Below, in pieces: positions 8,904 to 19,080 of a stretch of 64,000 nucleotides of DNA. How positions within the stretch are numbered: position 1 is the stretch's first letter; each line of letters begins with the position of its first letter. The notes beneath the pieces were generated by a model that did no database searches, had not been told where the DNA came from, and was given only the letters and a program-made list of their open reading frames with translations. The stretch comes from Desulfobacterales bacterium (GTDB taxonomy: Bacteria; Desulfobacterota; Desulfobacteria; Desulfobacterales; G963662235): contig OY759308.1 of NCBI GenBank assembly GCA_963662235.1, positions 927,070-991,069 on the forward strand, written 5' to 3'. Made by a program: the position numbers and the translations under genes.

Positions 8904-10175
8904 ATGGATGAAAAAAATGCTCCTGCTGTAAGCCAAACAATAGTTGTAGTTGGAGGCGGTATCAGTGGCATAACTACTGCGTTAGAGGCTGCAGAAGTGG
9001 GTTATGAGGTATTTTTAATTGAAAAAGGACCTTCTCTTGGTGGAAGAGTTTCTCAATTAAAATATTATTTTCCTAAGCTTTGCCCCCCCACCTGTGGATT
9101 GGAAATTAATTTTAGAAGAATTAAAGATAATCCAAATATTAAAGTTTTAACTCTTTCTGAAGTTACTAAGGTTGAAGGTGAGAAGGGTGATTACAATGTT
9201 TCAGTTAAAGTTTCCCCAAGGTTTGTTAATGAAAAATGTACTGCTTGTGGAGATTGTGTTTCTGCTTGTGATACTGAATTTCCAAACGAATACAATTTTG
9301 GTATGGACACAAGAAAAGGGGCTTACCTTCCTTTTAATATGGCATTTCCTCAAAAGTATGTTTTAGACCCAAATCTTAGTATAGAAGAGAAAAAAAAATG
9401 TGCCGAAGCTTGCAAATATAATGCTATAGAACCTGAAATGGAAGAAAAAGTTATAGATATTAAAGCAGGTTCAATTGTTTGGGCTACTGGTTGGAAACCA
9501 TATGACGCTACTAAGATAGACAATCTTGGTTTCGGTAAATATCCAAATATAATTACCAATATGATGCTTGAAAGACTTGCTGCAACTGATGGTCCTACAG
9601 ATGGTAAAATTTTAAGACCTTCTGACAATGAAGCTCCCGAGGTAATTGCTTTTGCACAATGTGCTGGTTCACGTGATGAAAATCATCTTCCTTATTGTTC
9701 TTATATTTGCTGTATGGCTTCTTTGAAACATGCAACTTACATAAGAGAACAATATCCCGATGCAAAAATTTATATATTCTATATAGATTTAAGAGCACCT
9801 GGTTATAAGTATGAAAAATTTTATCAAAAACTAAAAGAAGATAAGAATATTTTCTTTGTTAAAGGTAAAGTGGCTGAAGTTAGTGAAGCTGATAATGGTG
9901 CTATCAATGTTGTTGCAGAAGATGCCATAGAAGGTAAAAAAGTTAATCAAAAAGTTGATATGCTTGTTCTTGCAACAGGTATGGAACCTTCTCTTTCAGG
10001 TGTTAAACCTAATGTTAATGAGCTTACGTTTACAGAAGATTCTTTTATAGTAAACGATTTTGAAACAAAAGGGATGTTTGCAACAGGTTGTGCTAACAAG
10101 CCTGGCGATGTTGTTTCTTCAAATCAAAGTGCTACAGGAATGGCTTTAAAAGCTATTCAAACAGTGAGGAGGTAG
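8904..10175 (+). CDS. qmoA: Quinone-interacting membrane-bound oxidoreductase subunit A (HdrA-like flavoprotein)
   Basis: VVGGGISGITTALEAAEVGYEVFLIEK FAD fold and HdrA-like Cys motifs. First gene of an A-B-C set directly after aprBA. Confidence 0.9.
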   Translation: MDEKNAPAVSQTIVVVGGGISGITTALEAAEVGYEVFLIEKGPSLGGRVSQLKYYFPKLCPPTCGLEINFRRIKDNPNIKVLTLSEVTKVEGEKGDYNVSVKVSPRFVNEKCTACGDCVSACDTEFPNEYNFGMDTRKGAYLPFNMAFPQKYVLDPNLSIEEKKKCAEACKYNAIEPEMEEKVIDIKAGSIVWATGWKPYDATKIDNLGFGKYPNIITNMMLERLAATDGPTDGKILRPSDNEAPEVIAFAQCAGSRDENHLPYCSYICCMASLKHATYIREQYPDAKIYIFYIDLRAPGYKYEKFYQKLKEDKNIFFVKGKVAEVSEADNGAINVVAEDAIEGKKVNQKVDMLVLATGMEPSLSGVKPNVNELTFTEDSFIVNDFETKGMFATGCANKPGDVVSSNQSATGMALKAIQTVRR

Positions 10176-10179
10176 TATA

Positions 10180-12519
10180 ATGGCAACAAAAAAGAAATAT
10201 GGTGTATATATTTGTACAGGCTGTGGGATAGGCGAATCTCTTGATATTGAAAAGCTTGCAGGTGTTGCAGAAGATGAAGGCTTTCCTTGTAAAAGTAATG
10301 GTTGTTTTTGTTCTGATGAAGGAGTCGAAATAATAAAAAAAGATGTGGCAGAAGGAACAAATGCTATTGCGATTGTAGGATGTTCAAGGAGAGTTAATTT
10401 TGATATATTCAGATTTGAAAACACTATCGTAGAGAGAGTAAATGTTAGAGAACAAGTAGTTTGGCCTTTTTCAAGAGAAAAATATCCTGCACCTACTGAA
10501 GAACAAAAAGATGATGAAAGCTTCATTGATAAAGTTCAAATGGCAGCAAATGATTACCTTAAAATGGGAATTACAAGACTTACAAAAGTCGATTTGCCAG
10601 AAGCTTTTAAACTTGATGAAATATCTAAAAAAATTCTCGTTATTGGTGGTGGTATAACTGGAATCTCAGCAGCACTTGATGCTTCTAAAGCAGGCTATGA
10701 AGTTACAATCGTAGAAAAAGAGAGTGCTTTGGGAGGTTTTGCTGCTAACATAAGAAAACAAGCTCCTGTTGGAGAACCTTATGAAAATTTAATTGACCCT
10801 GTTATTCAAGATAAAATTCAAAAAGTTGAAGCAGAATCTAACATAACTGTTAAAACAGATACAGTTGTTGCAAGAATTGCAGGACAGCCGGGAGAGTTTA
10901 CGGTAACATTTAAGAAACCTGGTGAAGCAATAAAATTTGATGTTCCAAAACAAGTTCCACCTGAACAAAGAGTTGATGAAAATGGTAAAGAGCTTGATTT
11001 AGATAAAATCAGAGAAATTTATAATGAAATAAATAAAGAGGTTGCAGATGTTTTAACTCTTGACCCTGATGGTGAAAAGTTTGGTGCAGTTATTCTTGCA
11101 GCTGGCTGGACACCCAATCCAATTGAAGGCGAAGAGTTCAATCATCTTCTTGTTTCAGACCCTGATGTTATTTCAAATTATGAATTTGAAAAGATTGCAA
11201 ATAGTGGAAAAATTACAAGACCATCTGATGGTAAAGAAGCAAAATCTGTAGTTTTTATTCAAAGTCCTGATAAAGAAGATAATGATAAAGATTTCGCTTA
11301 TACAGGTGCGGTAACAAGTCTTGTATCTTTGAAACAAGCTAAATATGTTAGAGAAGATTATGCAGATGGAAAAGCTTATATAATTTATCAACATATGAGA
11401 ACACCGGGTTTTAGTGAAAGTTTTTATAAAAGCATTCAGCAAGACAGAGGAATTTTTCTTACAAAGGGTGATGTTGTAAGTGTTACTAAAGAGGGTTCTG
11501 ACCTTATAATAACATCTAACAATACCCTTCTTGGAAAAGAATTAAATATTAAAGCAGATCTTGTTGTTCTTGCAAGCGGTATGCGACCAGCAACTAAAGA
11601 TGAAGCTGTTATCAATCTTGCATATAGACAAGGTCCTGGATTTAGAGATAACGATATTTATGATGGTTATGCAGATTCAAACTTCATTTGTTTTCCTTAT
11701 GAAACACAAAGAACAGGTGTTTATGCAGCAGGAGCTGTAAGAAGAGCGATGACTATTGAAGAATCTATTGAAGATGCTACAGGTGCTGCTTTAAAAGCTA
11801 TTCAATGTATAGAATCTGCAAATAGAGGTGTAGCAGTTCATCCTCGTTCTGGTGATATGACTTATCCTGACTTTTTCTTCCAAAGATGTACACAATGTAA
11901 AAGATGTACAGAAGAGTGTCCTTTTGGAGCATTAGATGATGATGAAAAAGGAACACCTAAACCAAACCCAACAAGATGTAGAAGATGTGGAACGTGTATG
12001 GGAGCTTGTCCAGAAAGAATCATTGGTTTTGCAGATTATAATATAGATAGTATTGGAGCACAAATTAAAGAAATTCCAATTCCATCAGAAGATGACTTTG
12101 ATGAACCACCTCTTAGAATATTAGCTCTTATTTGTGAAAACGATGCTTACCCTGCACTCGATATGGCAGGTATGCATAGATTAGATTTTTCTGCAGATGT
12201 AAGGTTCATCCCTGTTCGTTGTCTTGGTTCTGTAAATACTATATGGATTAAGGATGCTCTTGCTTCTGGATATGATGGAGCTATTCTTCTTGGCTGTAAA
12301 CATGGTGACGATTATCAATGTCACTTTGTTAAAGGTAGTGAACTTGCTAATATTAGAATGCAAAAAATTGGTGATGCACTATCTTCTCTTGCTCTTGAAG
12401 AAGAGAGAGTAACAATGGAAGAGATAGCAATTGATGAGTATAAGAGAATTCCGGAAATAATAAACGCGTTTGTTGCTACAATAGAAGAACTTGGACCAAA
12501 TCCTTTTAAAGGTTTCTAA
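10180..12519 (+). CDS. qmoB: Quinone-interacting membrane-bound oxidoreductase subunit B (HdrA-like plus MvhD-like C-terminus)
   Basis: 779 aa. A second HdrA-like FAD fold (VIGGGITGISAALDASKAGYEV), the ferredoxin motifs CTQCKRCTEECP and CRRCGTCMGACP, and a C-terminal MvhD-like segment (LALICENDAYPALD...VRCLGSV). Confidence 0.9.
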   Translation: MATKKKYGVYICTGCGIGESLDIEKLAGVAEDEGFPCKSNGCFCSDEGVEIIKKDVAEGTNAIAIVGCSRRVNFDIFRFENTIVERVNVREQVVWPFSREKYPAPTEEQKDDESFIDKVQMAANDYLKMGITRLTKVDLPEAFKLDEISKKILVIGGGITGISAALDASKAGYEVTIVEKESALGGFAANIRKQAPVGEPYENLIDPVIQDKIQKVEAESNITVKTDTVVARIAGQPGEFTVTFKKPGEAIKFDVPKQVPPEQRVDENGKELDLDKIREIYNEINKEVADVLTLDPDGEKFGAVILAAGWTPNPIEGEEFNHLLVSDPDVISNYEFEKIANSGKITRPSDGKEAKSVVFIQSPDKEDNDKDFAYTGAVTSLVSLKQAKYVREDYADGKAYIIYQHMRTPGFSESFYKSIQQDRGIFLTKGDVVSVTKEGSDLIITSNNTLLGKELNIKADLVVLASGMRPATKDEAVINLAYRQGPGFRDNDIYDGYADSNFICFPYETQRTGVYAAGAVRRAMTIEESIEDATGAALKAIQCIESANRGVAVHPRSGDMTYPDFFFQRCTQCKRCTEECPFGALDDDEKGTPKPNPTRCRRCGTCMGACPERIIGFADYNIDSIGAQIKEIPIPSEDDFDEPPLRILALICENDAYPALDMAGMHRLDFSADVRFIPVRCLGSVNTIWIKDALASGYDGAILLGCKHGDDYQCHFVKGSELANIRMQKIGDALSSLALEEERVTMEEIAIDEYKRIPEIINAFVATIEELGPNPFKGF

Positions 12520-12537
12520 CATTAAGGAGGCTAAATA

Positions 12538-13716
12538 ATGTCAGATAGATATATTGTAGAACCGGATCTTAACTTTATTGATAATATTGTAAAGCTTGGT
12601 GGCGATTCGGTTAAAAAATGTTTTCAATGTGCTACTTGCTCCGTTGCCTGTCCAATAGCACCTGAAGAAAGCCCTTTTCCAAGAAAAGAGATGCTTGCAA
12701 CTTCTTGGGGCTTGAAAGACAAAGTTGTTAAAAGTAGTGACATTTGGCTTTGTCATGAATGTGGCGATTGTTCAGAACTTTGTCCAAGAGGAGCATATCC
12801 TGGAGATGTTCTTTCTGCAGCACGTTCTGTAGCAATAGAAGAGTATGCTACTCCAAAAGTTTTCAGTAAAATGGTGAATGACCCTAAAAAAGTAGGGATT
12901 GTTTTTGGCATTCCAGCTATTTGGTTTGCTTTTCTTATTTTTCTAACAGTTTTTTGTAGAAACGCTATGGAAGGTATTTTTTCTTCTATTGGGCTTGACT
13001 GGTCTCATGGCGTTGCAGTTGATGCTCTTGCTCATACAAACTTCGTATCTACATGGCTTGTTGATTTGACCTTTGTTCCTCTTTCTATTGTTGTTGCCCT
13101 TATCTTTTTTAAAAGTTTAAGCAACTTTGTAAAAGATATTCATCAAAATGCTGTTGAAGAAGGTAAAACAAAAGCACAAAGTGTTACTCTTTTTGGATTG
13201 TTGCCATCTGTTGTTGCTATTATCCCAGAGATTATTTCTCATAAAAAGTTTAAAGAGTGCGGAGAAAACCAAGAAAGAGCGATTTCGCATATGATGTTGA
13301 TTTACGGTTTTATTGCTTGTTTCATTACCACTGCAGTTGTTTTTGTTTTGTTATATATTTTTCATATAGCAGGTCCTCATTCTCAACTTGCACCTCAAAA
13401 GATTCTTGCTAATGTTGGTGGTATTCTTATTCTTATAGGTGGCTTTTTGATGATAAAAAAACGTCTTTCAAAAGATGATGCAAAATCGAGCTACAAAGAT
13501 TGGTTTTTACTTATTTTAGTTTTTGGAGTAGGTTTAACAGGTATACTTACTGAACTTTCAAGACTAATTGATTCAAGAAGTCTTGCTTTATTTACCTATT
13601 ACCTGCATCTAATTTTTGTTTTTAATCTGTTTGCTTTTCTTCCTTTTTCTAAATTTGCACATATAGTATATAGAACTTTCGCTCTTGCATATTTCAAATA
13701 TTCAGGTAGAAAATAG
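12538..13716 (+). CDS. qmoC: Quinone-interacting membrane-bound oxidoreductase subunit C (HdrC-like Fe-S domain fused to HdrE-like membrane cytochrome b)
   Basis: N-terminal CFQCATCSVACP and CHECGDCSELCP, followed by about six hydrophobic helices. Confidence 0.9.
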   Translation: MSDRYIVEPDLNFIDNIVKLGGDSVKKCFQCATCSVACPIAPEESPFPRKEMLATSWGLKDKVVKSSDIWLCHECGDCSELCPRGAYPGDVLSAARSVAIEEYATPKVFSKMVNDPKKVGIVFGIPAIWFAFLIFLTVFCRNAMEGIFSSIGLDWSHGVAVDALAHTNFVSTWLVDLTFVPLSIVVALIFFKSLSNFVKDIHQNAVEEGKTKAQSVTLFGLLPSVVAIIPEIISHKKFKECGENQERAISHMMLIYGFIACFITTAVVFVLLYIFHIAGPHSQLAPQKILANVGGILILIGGFLMIKKRLSKDDAKSSYKDWFLLILVFGVGLTGILTELSRLIDSRSLALFTYYLHLIFVFNLFAFLPFSKFAHIVYRTFALAYFKYSGRK

Positions 13717-13744
13717 ATTAATAAAAAAAATAAAATTTAAAAAA

Positions 13745-13778
13745 GGCGGTCTTTTATTGTAAAAGATCGCCTTTTTTA
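13745..13778 (+). terminator. Rho-independent terminator after qmoC
   Basis: GGCGGTCTTTT / AAAAGATCGCC stem (one G-T pair), then TTTTTTATTTTATTT. Confidence 0.8.
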
Positions 13779-13875
13779 TTTTATTTCAAATTTAGCACAA
13801 AAATTGAAATATAACTTTTTCTTATTTCAAGTTTAATTTAAAAATTAAACAAACAAAATCCTAAAAGAATTAAAA

Positions 13876-14592
13876 TTGAAAACTGCAATAATCAACCCCA
13901 AAAAAGGTAAAAATTTCCCCGACATAAGTTCTTTTGCTCTTATGATTAGTTCCGATTTGGATCTAAAATCTTCTAAATCGTTTGAGCTTAGTAAAAAAAA
14001 ACAAAAAAATTTTTTTATGAGTAAACTCTATTATGATGAAAAAATTTCAATTGTTTCAAACTTTATTGGTGCGCCCTATGCTGTTCTTTTACTTGAAAAC
14101 TTAATCGTTTGCGGAGCTAAGCAAGTTCTTTTTTTTGGCAGTTGCGGTGCAATTAATAAAGATATTAAAATTGGCGATATTATTATTCCAAATAGTGCTC
14201 TTGTAGGTGAAGGTGTAAGTAACTATTATAGTAAAGAAACTTTATCTTTTCCAAATGATGAGTTGAAAAGTAAAACTGAAGAGTTTATTAAAAACAAAGG
14301 TTTATCTTTTAAAAATGGTAAAATCTGGACAACTTCAGCCTTTTATATGGAGACAAAAGAGAAAATAAAAGAGCTTCAAGATGAGGACATAATAGCTCTT
14401 GAAATGGAGCTTTCAGCACTTTTTACCGTTGCTAAGTTTAGAAAAATTTCACTATCAGCATTCTTAATCGTTTCAGATGAGCTTTATCATCAAGAATGGA
14501 AGAGTGGTTTTTATGATAGTACTTTCCAGTCAAACAAAAAAAAACTTTTACACTCTATAAGTAGCTTTATAGAGGTTATAGATACAATATGA
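13876..14592 (+). CDS. Nucleoside phosphorylase family protein (PNP/UDP phosphorylase fold)
   Basis: GAPYAVLLLENL...FFGSCGAI...EMELSALFTVA resembles the DeoD/Udp-type phosphorylase family. TTG start in the track. Substrate not determinable. Confidence 0.6.
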   Translation: MKTAIINPKKGKNFPDISSFALMISSDLDLKSSKSFELSKKKQKNFFMSKLYYDEKISIVSNFIGAPYAVLLLENLIVCGAKQVLFFGSCGAINKDIKIGDIIIPNSALVGEGVSNYYSKETLSFPNDELKSKTEEFIKNKGLSFKNGKIWTTSAFYMETKEKIKELQDEDIIALEMELSALFTVAKFRKISLSAFLIVSDELYHQEWKSGFYDSTFQSNKKKLLHSISSFIEVIDTI

Positions 14593-14811
14593 AAAATATG
14601 GAAAAATTTGTAACAATATTTTGTATTTTCGATTGTGTTTATTCTTGTCTATCCTATTTTTTTTAAAAAATTTCCGTAAAATTTTACATATTTTTTCTTT
14701 TATAATCGTATAGATTACACTCCTTGTTCCTCCAAAATAAGATTTTTAAAATTATATTTCATCTTTTTATTATTCCGTAGCTATTAGCATAAACACAACA
14801 ATTTTCATTTT

Positions 14812-14854
14812 TTAGAATATGTTCTGTTGGCAAAAATAAGTTAGAATATTAAAA
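14812..14854. promoter_or_regulatory. Two degenerate copies of the TTAGAATATTCTAA operator half-site, upstream of the flavodoxin/TonB operon
   Basis: TTAGAATATGTTCT (14812-14825) and TTAGAATATTAAAA (14841-14854; 12 of 14 matches to the perfect palindromes at 29675 and 30320). They lie about 100-140 nt upstream of ATG 14953 and next to a TTGACA at 14861. Confidence 0.3.
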
Positions 14855-14952
14855 TTTAATTTGACAATTAAAATAATCAATATAAATAAAACTTTTTTCA
14901 AAAAACTAAAAAAACTTAGTTAAGTCTAACTTTTAAAAATGGGAGAAGGTTA

Positions 14953-15492
14953 ATGACAGTTAAAAGTGGAGTTATATATTCAAGTGTAACGGGTAATACC
15001 AAAAGAGTTGCAGAAGCTATTTTTGAAGCTTTGCCAGAGCCAAAAGAGATATTTAATGTCAAAGATGCCCCAAGCGATTTAAAAGACTTTGGCTTTGTTG
15101 CTTATGGTTTTTGGGTGGACAAAGGAACAGCAGATTCAGAATCGCGAAAATATTTAAAAAACCTAAAAGGCAAGCAAATAGCTCTTTTTGGAACGCTCGG
15201 GGCGTATCCTGATTCTGAACATGCAAATATGTGTAAGGGGAAAGTGAGAAAACTTGTTGAAGCAAATAACAATCAAATAATAGGCGAATTTCTTTGTCAG
15301 GGAAAAGTTGATCCTAAGCTTATAAAGTGGATGGAAGAAAATATGAAAAATGACAAACATCACTCTATGACACCCGAAAGGGAAGCGAGACTTAAAGAAG
15401 CAGAAAAACATCCTGATGAGAACGACCTTAAAAATGCCAAAGATTTTTGCTTAGAGTTATATTCTAAAATTCAAGAGTTTGGACAAGATTAA
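14953..15492 (+). CDS. Flavodoxin-family protein
   Basis: VIYSSVTGNTKRVAEAI is the flavodoxin FMN phosphate-binding loop. 179 aa. Confidence 0.75.
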   Translation: MTVKSGVIYSSVTGNTKRVAEAIFEALPEPKEIFNVKDAPSDLKDFGFVAYGFWVDKGTADSESRKYLKNLKGKQIALFGTLGAYPDSEHANMCKGKVRKLVEANNNQIIGEFLCQGKVDPKLIKWMEENMKNDKHHSMTPEREARLKEAEKHPDENDLKNAKDFCLELYSKIQEFGQD

Positions 15493-15504
15493 GGGTGTAA
15501 AAAT

Positions 15505-15930
15505 ATGAGAAAGATGAAGCAAGAAGAGATAGAAAAAATTTTAAAAAAGCAAAATTGGGCAACAATCTGCTCTGTTGATAAAGAGTGTAACCCTTATGCT
15601 ATTGAAGCTACATATTTTATAAAAAAAGATGGCTCAATAAATTTTATGATTAATCCTAAAGGCACGACAATGACCAATATCAAGCTTAACAATAATGTTC
15701 TTCTAAAAATTTCTCGTGCAAGTGCCTCTCTTTCTGAATGGTTTGGAATATCTTGTTTTGGAAAGGCTTTTAATATTCTTGATAAAAAGGAGATAGAAGA
15801 GGGTTGGAATCTTTTAGGAGAGGTTATGAAACAAGATTATAAAGCCGCAAAAGAGAAATTTACAAAGCCTTCTTCTTTATCTCCTCTTTTAAGTGTCAAA
15901 GTTGAAAGAATAAGCGGAGTGCATAGTTAG
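15505..15930 (+). CDS. Pyridoxamine 5'-phosphate oxidase-like (FMN-binding split-barrel) family protein
   Basis: KMKQEEIEKILKKQNWATICSVDKECNPYAIEATYF... follows the typical N-terminal pattern of the PNPOx-like split-barrel family. 141 aa. Confidence 0.55.
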   Translation: MRKMKQEEIEKILKKQNWATICSVDKECNPYAIEATYFIKKDGSINFMINPKGTTMTNIKLNNNVLLKISRASASLSEWFGISCFGKAFNILDKKEIEEGWNLLGEVMKQDYKAAKEKFTKPSSLSPLLSVKVERISGVHS

Positions 15931-15931
15931 A

Positions 15932-16690
15932 ATGAGATATCTTTATCGAATAGTGCTTTTGTCCATCTTCTTTTTTTCTTGTTTTATTGTTCAAGAGCTA
16001 CAAGCAGAAAATTTTAGTGAAAAATCTGAAGCTATAATAAAAAAAGAGATAAAAATTCAAGAGAATGAAAAAAAATGGCAAGAAGAAAAAGTGAAACTTG
16101 AAGCCAAATATTTAAAGCTTTTAGATAAAAAAGAGAAACTAACAAGAAAAAAAGAAGAAAACGATGAAAAGATAACTCTTTTTAAAGAGAGAATCGAAAA
16201 TAAAAAAAGAGATATAAGAGAGGCAAAAATCTTAAAAAAAGAGATAGATAAGTTAATTGAAGATATCTTTTTTGATTTTTCTACCTTTGTAAAAAACGAT
16301 GTCCCTTTTCTTGAAAAAGAAAGAAAAAGAAGAATTGCAAACGTATCAAGAGAGATAAAAAATCCACTTCTGCCACCTTCGGGAAAATTTAGAAGACTTT
16401 TTGAAGCTATAAAAATTGAAGCTTCTTATGGTTTTCAAACTGATACCTATCAAGAACTCATAACGATTGATAAAGAAAAATTCTTTGCGGACATTTTAAA
16501 AGTAGGAAGAGTCTCACTCTTTTTTATCGATCAAGAGAGAAGAAAAGCAGGGTTTTATGATAGATATGAAAAAAAATGGATATTTTGTCCTTCAAAATTT
16601 TTAGATGAAATCGCAAAAGCTTATGACATTGCATCATCGTATAAATCGCCAGATTTAGTTCGGCTTCCAATAGGTAAAATAATCAAATGA
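15932..16690 (+). CDS. DUF3450-type TonB-system accessory protein (TtpB-like)
   Basis: Signal peptide, a long coiled coil, then the conserved C-terminal block FRRLFEAIKIEASYGFQTDTYQE...LKVGRVSLFFIDQE...LVRLPIG. Lies immediately upstream of a long MotA/ExbB protein, as in TonB2-type clusters. Confidence 0.65.
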   Translation: MRYLYRIVLLSIFFFSCFIVQELQAENFSEKSEAIIKKEIKIQENEKKWQEEKVKLEAKYLKLLDKKEKLTRKKEENDEKITLFKERIENKKRDIREAKILKKEIDKLIEDIFFDFSTFVKNDVPFLEKERKRRIANVSREIKNPLLPPSGKFRRLFEAIKIEASYGFQTDTYQELITIDKEKFFADILKVGRVSLFFIDQERRKAGFYDRYEKKWIFCPSKFLDEIAKAYDIASSYKSPDLVRLPIGKIIK

Positions 16691-18072
16691 ATAATCTAAA
16701 AAGAGTTGAGCAAATAACAAGGTTATTTTTCCTTACAATTTGTCTTTGTCTAATTTTTTCTAAAACAGCTTTTGCTGATGATATGCGAGAGGTCTCAAAA
16801 AAATTTGAGAAAGAATATAAAGAAGCAGAAGAAAATCTACAAAGAAATTTGCAAAGAATATTTAATGATAAAAAACTTCTTCTTTCTTCAATTAATGGCT
16901 TAAACAATGAAATTAACGGACTGAATTTAAAAATAAAGGCTCAAGCCCAAACAATAGATAGTTTAAATAAAAAAGAAAAAATTCTTACTCAAACAATAGA
17001 AAAGCAAGAGGGGGAAACAGTTACCCTGCAAGACGAAATTCAATCTTCACTTAAAAGTTTTAGGCTTTTAACAGCAAGGCAAGGGGGCGACAAGAGTTTA
17101 TTAAAAGAGACTGGTTTTGCAGGAATTAATGAAATAAAAAAGCTTGCTACTCTTTTCTTTAAAGAGATGAAAGAGTCTTCAGAAGTAACTTTTAAAAAAG
17201 AGACTTTTATAGACATTAAAGGCAAAGAGCAAAAAAGCAAAATTTTAAAAATTGGTAATATAACAGCCCTTTATAAAACAGAAGATGATGCAGGATTTTT
17301 AAAATATTCTGAAAAATCAAATAAGTTTATAGCCATATCGCCCGATTCGTCTGTCCAAAAAAATATTAAAAAATATATAGAAGGCAAAGAAAACGCAGTT
17401 TTTGTGGATATATCAAATGGTAAAGCCTTAGAGAGTGTAATCCATAAGAAGAGCTGGAAAGACAGATTAAAAGATGGTGGTTTTTTCGTTTTCCCTATTC
17501 TCCTTATCGCAATTCTATCTATATTAATTATAATTGAAAGGTTCTTTTTTCTTCAAAAAATTCACGAAAATACAGACAAAATTATGAGTAAAGTGAATCA
17601 ACTTGCAGAAGAAGGGAAATGGGACGAATGCAACAGTTTGGCAACAAGCAAAAAAGGTCGTCCTGTTTATAATGTCCTTTGTGCAGGGCTTTTTGCAAGA
17701 GGCGAAAAAAGAGAGACTCTTGAAAGTGTTTTAGAAGAGGCGATTTTAAAAGAACTTCCAAAGCTTGAGAGATATCTTCCTATACTAAACATTATGGGCA
17801 CTATAGCTCCACTTCTCGGACTTCTTGGAACAGTTACAGGTATGATAACAACATTCCATACAATAACGGTTTATGGAACAAGTGATCCAAAACTTATGTC
17901 TGGTGGTATTTCTGAAGCACTCATAACAACAATGCTTGGTCTTTTGGTCGCTATTCCCATTATGCTTATAGGAACTTTTTTAAATCGTAGAGTGGATCAT
18001 ATCATAGGCGATATGGAAGAAAAAGCGGTAGCTCTAACTAATATCATCTTTAAAAAAAATAATGGGGCTTAG
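16687..18072 (+). CDS. MotA/TolQ/ExbB proton-channel family protein with a long periplasmic coiled-coil N-terminus (TtpC-like)
   Basis: 461 aa. The N-terminal ~250 aa are coiled coil. The C-terminus carries 3 TM helices with GTIAPLLGLLGTVTGMI and ALITTMLGLLVAIP, the ExbB/TolQ signature. Confidence 0.75.
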   Translation: MNNLKRVEQITRLFFLTICLCLIFSKTAFADDMREVSKKFEKEYKEAEENLQRNLQRIFNDKKLLLSSINGLNNEINGLNLKIKAQAQTIDSLNKKEKILTQTIEKQEGETVTLQDEIQSSLKSFRLLTARQGGDKSLLKETGFAGINEIKKLATLFFKEMKESSEVTFKKETFIDIKGKEQKSKILKIGNITALYKTEDDAGFLKYSEKSNKFIAISPDSSVQKNIKKYIEGKENAVFVDISNGKALESVIHKKSWKDRLKDGGFFVFPILLIAILSILIIIERFFFLQKIHENTDKIMSKVNQLAEEGKWDECNSLATSKKGRPVYNVLCAGLFARGEKRETLESVLEEAILKELPKLERYLPILNIMGTIAPLLGLLGTVTGMITTFHTITVYGTSDPKLMSGGISEALITTMLGLLVAIPIMLIGTFLNRRVDHIIGDMEEKAVALTNIIFKKNNGA

Positions 18073-18074
18073 AG

Positions 18075-18662
18075 GTGGGAGTTTTTTTCGACATATTTGC
18101 ATATCTAAAGTTCGGAGGAGTAAGCATTGTCTCTCTTCTTATTGTCTCATTTCTTATGTGGATATTGATTATTGAGAGGGTTCTTTTTTTTAGGGAGATA
18201 GAAACAAAAGATATTTCAACTTATGATGCTATGAAGATAATGAAAGAGTCATCTTATTTTGAAAGACGAGGAATACTATCTAAGACTCTTGGGCTCTTCT
18301 TAGAAAAAAGAGTGGGAAATAGTACAATAGATAAAAAAATTATAGAAGAGTGCATAATGGAGATAAAGCCGAATATAAATAAATTTCTAAAAGAGATTGA
18401 AATTTTTGCTGCTGTAGCACCGCTTCTTGGGCTTCTTGGGACAATAATAGGAATGGTTGCGACATTTGATGCCATTTCGTTATCAGGGGTATGCAATGTA
18501 AAGGGAATATCTAATGGAATATCTAAGGCACTTATAACAACTCAAAGTGGTCTAATTGTAGCTATTCCAGGTCTTTTTATGAGTGTTTATTTAAGTAAAA
18601 AGAGAGAAAGGGCAGAAAGAATATTGGACGAATTTTTGGTTACATTGAAGAGGGTAGTATGA
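18075..18662 (+). CDS. exbB: ExbB/TolQ-family proton channel protein
   Basis: 195 aa with AAVAPLLGLLGTIIGMV...ALITTQSGLIVAIP. GTG start. Confidence 0.8.
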   Translation: MGVFFDIFAYLKFGGVSIVSLLIVSFLMWILIIERVLFFREIETKDISTYDAMKIMKESSYFERRGILSKTLGLFLEKRVGNSTIDKKIIEECIMEIKPNINKFLKEIEIFAAVAPLLGLLGTIIGMVATFDAISLSGVCNVKGISNGISKALITTQSGLIVAIPGLFMSVYLSKKRERAERILDEFLVTLKRVV

Positions 18663-19075
18663 TAAATGTAAGAAAATCACTTCGCAGATATTCAAATAGT
18701 CCAGATATAAATATATCTCCGTTGATAGACCTTATCTTCCTTCTCTTAATTTTTTTTATAGTTACAACAAGTTTTGTAAAAGAAGCAGGGGTAAATATCA
18801 AACAGCCTGAATCTTCTACAGCCTCTTTAAAAGATAAAGGTAGTTTGCTTGTTGGGATTTCAAAAGATGGCACTATTTATATAGATAAAAAGAGGGTTGA
18901 TATAAGAGTTTTGGGGGATTTGATAGAGCGAGAGTTAAAAGGTGATAAAAAAAGAGGTGTTGTCATTGTTGCAGATAAAGAGAGTGAAACAGGTGATATC
19001 ATAGCTGTTATGGATGAGTGTCGTCTTGTGGGTGTGAAAAATATAAGTATAGCTGCAAAGAAAAAAGGTTTTTAG
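18659..19075 (+). CDS. exbD: ExbD/TolR-family biopolymer transport protein
   Basis: 138 aa. INISPLIDLIFLLLIFFIVTT single TM plus a periplasmic domain. Its start overlaps the exbB stop. Confidence 0.8.
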   Translation: MINVRKSLRRYSNSPDINISPLIDLIFLLLIFFIVTTSFVKEAGVNIKQPESSTASLKDKGSLLVGISKDGTIYIDKKRVDIRVLGDLIERELKGDKKRGVVIVADKESETGDIIAVMDECRLVGVKNISIAAKKKGF

Positions 19076-19080
19076 AGATT

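Noticed and set aside
6225-13716. aprBA-qmoABC as a novel system
   Set aside because: This is the canonical, well-described dissimilatory sulfate-reduction module in standard order. It is useful for identifying the organism's physiology but is not novel. sat and dsr are not in the window.
14593-14952. Cobalamin riboswitch or Fur box ahead of the TonB operon
   Set aside because: No B12-box-like GC-rich core is present in this very AT-rich region, and there is no convincing 19-bp Fur palindrome. Only the DtxR-like half-sites are reported, at low confidence.
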